NCBI GenBank assembly: GCA_963555825.3
Contig: CAUVXB020000001.1
Span: forward strand, 1,536,001-1,600,000
From: Alphaproteobacteria bacterium
Lineage (GTDB): Bacteria; Pseudomonadota; Alphaproteobacteria; JAAXGF01
Reading direction: 5' to 3'
DNA length: 64,000 bases
Shown here: piece by piece, positions 60,793 through 64,000 of the stretch
Numbering within the stretch: position 1 is the stretch's first letter
How the letters are laid out: each line of letters starts with the position of its first letter
Program-made: the position numbers and the translations under genes
Notes under the pieces: generated by a model
Database searches by the model: none
What the model saw: the letters and a program-made list of their open reading frames with translations, nothing else
Told to the model about the DNA's origin: nothing

Positions 60793-63700
60793 CTATTCGG
60801 CCGCGTGCTTTTCGAGCGGGGCGATGACCGATGCCGGCTTGGGACGGGCAAGCGAGAAGTCGCCCTGAATGGCGATCAGCGCGGGCAGCACCAGCAGCAC
60901 CAGAAATGTCGTCACCATCAGCCCGAAGACGATGGTCAGCGCCATCGGGATCAGGAATTGCGCCTGCAGGCTGGTTTCGAAGAGCAGCGGCGTCAGCCCG
61001 CCGATCGTCGTCGCCGAGGTCAGGATGACGGCGCGTAGCCGATCGCAGGTGCCTTCGATGACGGCATCACGATACGGCTCGCCGCGCTTGATGCGCTCGT
61101 CGATCGTCGTCACCAGGATGATCGAATCGTTGACCACGATGCCCGACAGGCCGACCAGCGCGATCAGGCTGAGGATGGTCAGGTCGTAGCCGAGCAGATA
61201 GTGGCCGAGCGCAGCGCCGATGAAGCCGAGCGGGATCACCGACATGACGACGATCGGACGTGTATAGCTGGCGAACACCCAGGCGAGGATGATGTAAATC
61301 GCGGCCAGGCCGATGATCGCGCCGGTACGCATGTCGCCGATCGTCTGGGCCTGCTCCTCGGCCTTGCCGGCGAAGCTCGCGACGGCGCCGTAGCGCGCCG
61401 CGATGTCGTGCACGCCATCGCGCTCGAGTGCTCCGAGAATTTCGCCCGAGGTCGTCACCGCCTTGTCGATTTCGGCAGTGATGGCGACTTCGCGCCGGCC
61501 ATTCTCACGCTTGATGCGTGCGAAGCCGCGGGTCTCGCGGCGGTCGACGACCTCGCTGAGCGCCACCTCGGCGCCATCCGGGCCGCGTATGAAGAAATCG
61601 TTGAGCGCCGTCACGTCGATCGCGTCGCGTGGATACTGCACGCGCACCAGCACCTCTTCGTCGCCGCGCGGAAAGCGCTTGGCGATGGCGCCATCGAACG
61701 CGTTGCGCACCTGGCGGCCGACCGTCGCGGTGGTGAAGCCCAGCGCGCGGCCGCGCACGTTGACCTCGAGCACGGTCTCCTGCTTGCCAAACGGCAAATC
61801 GTCGGCGACATCGCTCACGCCTGGATAGCGCGGCAGCAACGTGGCGACCTCGGCGGCCGCCTGCTTGAGTGCTGCCGGCTCGCCGCCCGACAGCCGGACG
61901 TCGATCTCGCGACCGGGTGGCCCGCCGCGCGCGGCGACGATGGTGAGCGTCTCGACGCCCAGCGGAACGGCGGCCTCCTCGCGCCAGACGGTGATGAATT
62001 CGCTGCTCGTGATGTCGCGCTCATCGGTCGGCACCAACTCGACGGACAGGCCGCCGACGTGATCGCCGGCGACCGCGCCGCCGTGGTCCTGGCCGACGCT
62101 GCCGCCAATCTTGGCGATGGCGATCCGGACCAGCCCGCCGACGCCGCCGGTCAGGCGGTCGTCGGCGCGCCACAGGGCGCGTTCGATATCCTCGAGCGCC
62201 GCCGCGGTCTGCGCGCGCGGCGCGCCGGCGGCCAGTTCGACGTTGGCATAGACCCGGTCGGCCTCGGGCGATGGGAAGAACAGGAAGCCGATGCGGCCGC
62301 CCATTATCAGCCCGACACAGAGGATCAACGCGGCGATGGCGCAGGCGACGGTGGCGTAGCGCCATTCGATGCAGGCCGTCACCGCGCGCCGGAACGGACC
62401 GTCGCGGAAGCCGTCGAAGCTACGGCGGAACCACTGCCGGCCGCGGCTCGGCGTGCCCGTCGAATGCGCCAGTGCGCCGCGCAGATGGCCGGGCAATACC
62501 AGGAAGCACTCGATCAGGCTGGCGACGATGACGGCGATGACGACGAAGGGAATCGCCTGGATGATCGAGCCGATGACGTCCGAGATGATCAGCAACGGCA
62601 CGAACGCCGCGATCGTCGTGAGCGACGAGGAGAACACCGGCGCGGCCATGCGCCGGGCGCCGGTATCGGCGGCGTCGGCCGGCGACATGCCGCCGCGCGC
62701 CAGTGTCGCGGCGTGCTCGCCGACCACGATGGCGTCGTCGACGACGATGCCGAGCGCCATGATCAGGCCGAACAGGCTGATCATGTTGATCGATTGGCCG
62801 CTGACCAGCATGACGCCGAGCGTCGCCAGCAACGAAACCGGAATGCCGACGACGACCCAGAAGGCAACGCGGCCGTTGAGGAAGATGAAAAGGATGGCGA
62901 TGACCAGGATCAACCCACCCAGTCCGTTGCGGAGCAGGAGGTCGATGCGGCTGCGGATTAGGTCGGCGGCGATGTCGTACTGGGCGATCTCGAGGTTGGG
63001 CGGCAGCGTCTCGCGCAGCTCGACGAGATAGTCAGCGACGATGTCGGCGAGCTCGAGCGCGTCGGCGTTGAGCGAGCGCTGGATGTGCAGCTCGATGGCC
63101 GGCTGACCATTGTGCCGCACCGAGACGCCGCCCTCCTCGAAGCGCTCCGACACCTCGGCGATGTCGCGCAGATAGACCTTGCCGCCGCTCGGCAGCGAGC
63201 GCACCTCGACGTGGCCCAGCTCGCGCGCCGTCTTGACCAGGCCGAGGCTGCGGATCTGGCGCTCGGTCGCGCCCCGCGTGTCGCCCGAGGGCAGATCAAC
63301 CGAGGTATCCGCGATACGCGCGGCGATGTCGCCGAGCGTCAGGTCGAGGCGGCGCAGCGTTTCGGGTGCGACGTCGACCCAGATCTCCTCGTCGCGCGCA
63401 CCGATCAGATCGATCTTGTCGATACCGCGCGCCAGCAGTTCGTCGCGAATGCGCTTGGCGTAGGCCTTGAGCGCCGCGTCCGAATAGGGCCCCGAGATAA
63501 GCAGCCGCGTGATGTTGTCGTAGCGCACGATGCGCTTGATAACCGGCCGCTCGCTGTCGTCGGGCAGCGTGGTGACCTGATCGATCGCGGTCTCGACGTC
63601 GGACAGCGCGGCCTGCATGTCGGTGCCCGGCTCGAATTCGACGAACACGTTGCCGATGCCCTCGACCGACGTCGAGCGAACCTTCTCGACGCCGTCGAGG

Positions 63701-63924
63701 AAGCGCACCTCTGGCTCGATCGCCTGGACCACGTTGGCGTCGATGTCCTCGGCCGAGGCGCCCGACCACTCGACGCTGACCTCGATCCAGTCGATGCCGA
63801 AGTTGGGGAAGAACTGGATGTTGAGCCGGCTCAGCGCGAACAGGCCGCAGACGATCATCACGACCATCAAAAGATTGGCCGCCGTCGGGTGGCGCGTGAA
63901 AACGCCGATGACGCCGCCGTTCAT
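60793..63924 (-). CDS. RND efflux transporter permease (AcrB/AcrD/AcrF family)
   Basis: 1043 aa; AANLLM, GIVVDDAIVVGE, LTTIAAF.P, GIVVNDSI, R.RAVILTS.TT..GL.PL. Confidence 0.95.
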   Translation of the reverse strand: MNGGVIGVFTRHPTAANLLMVVMIVCGLFALSRLNIQFFPNFGIDWIEVSVEWSGASAEDIDANVVQAIEPEVRFLDGVEKVRSTSVEGIGNVFVEFEPGTDMQAALSDVETAIDQVTTLPDDSERPVIKRIVRYDNITRLLISGPYSDAALKAYAKRIRDELLARGIDKIDLIGARDEEIWVDVAPETLRRLDLTLGDIAARIADTSVDLPSGDTRGATERQIRSLGLVKTARELGHVEVRSLPSGGKVYLRDIAEVSERFEEGGVSVRHNGQPAIELHIQRSLNADALELADIVADYLVELRETLPPNLEIAQYDIAADLIRSRIDLLLRNGLGGLILVIAILFIFLNGRVAFWVVVGIPVSLLATLGVMLVSGQSINMISLFGLIMALGIVVDDAIVVGEHAATLARGGMSPADAADTGARRMAAPVFSSSLTTIAAFVPLLIISDVIGSIIQAIPFVVIAVIVASLIECFLVLPGHLRGALAHSTGTPSRGRQWFRRSFDGFRDGPFRRAVTACIEWRYATVACAIAALILCVGLIMGGRIGFLFFPSPEADRVYANVELAAGAPRAQTAAALEDIERALWRADDRLTGGVGGLVRIAIAKIGGSVGQDHGGAVAGDHVGGLSVELVPTDERDITSSEFITVWREEAAVPLGVETLTIVAARGGPPGREIDVRLSGGEPAALKQAAAEVATLLPRYPGVSDVADDLPFGKQETVLEVNVRGRALGFTTATVGRQVRNAFDGAIAKRFPRGDEEVLVRVQYPRDAIDVTALNDFFIRGPDGAEVALSEVVDRRETRGFARIKRENGRREVAITAEIDKAVTTSGEILGALERDGVHDIAARYGAVASFAGKAEEQAQTIGDMRTGAIIGLAAIYIILAWVFASYTRPIVVMSVIPLGFIGAALGHYLLGYDLTILSLIALVGLSGIVVNDSIILVTTIDERIKRGEPYRDAVIEGTCDRLRAVILTSATTIGGLTPLLFETSLQAQFLIPMALTIVFGLMVTTFLVLLVLPALIAIQGDFSLARPKPASVIAPLEKHAAE

Positions 63925-64000
63925 CGCACCGCGACCCGCACGCCCGGTCCGATCTCGGGAAAACGCACCGTGACGATGCGGTCGTCGGGCGCCAGATCGC
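63921..64000 (-). CDS. 3' end of a probable RND periplasmic adaptor (partial)
   Basis: DLAPDDRIVTVRFPEIGPGVRVAVR* with ATGA overlap onto the RND start. Confidence 0.65.
   Translation of the reverse strand, partial: DLAPDDRIVTVRFPEIGPGVRVAVR

Overview
GC-rich bacterial chromosomal window. Gene content and order (dgcN-dgcA, guaB-guaA, ppx-rlmE, apaG-folE-trkH, TRAP and RND transporters, tRNA-Gln and tRNA-Gly) suggest an alphaproteobacterium (inference). Housekeeping and catabolic genes are interrupted by two insertion-sequence clusters. At 23.6-26.6 kb an IS3-family element sits inside an IS1380-family element, which itself splits a lipoprotein gene next to tRNA-Gln. At 41.3-48.6 kb there is an IS3-like element with a 14-bp target duplication, a second IS1380 (amber-inactivated), a DUF3800-like gene, and an IS21 element that apparently deleted most of a TRAP dctP gene. 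A 6.3-kb multi-PAS/GAF/PP2C sensor-phosphatase gene is broken by four lesions. The least explained features are (i) a ~540-bp, extensively self-complementary multibranched element between ppx and rlmE, with a short relative at 27.8 kb, (ii) two inverted copies of a ~165-185-bp repeat bracketing guaB-TPR-guaA, each ending in a -35-like hexamer, and (iii) a winged-HTH + nucleotidyltransferase two-gene module with a palindromic operator. No CRISPR array, rRNA or phage structural genes were seen. All family assignments are by motif recognition, not by database search.
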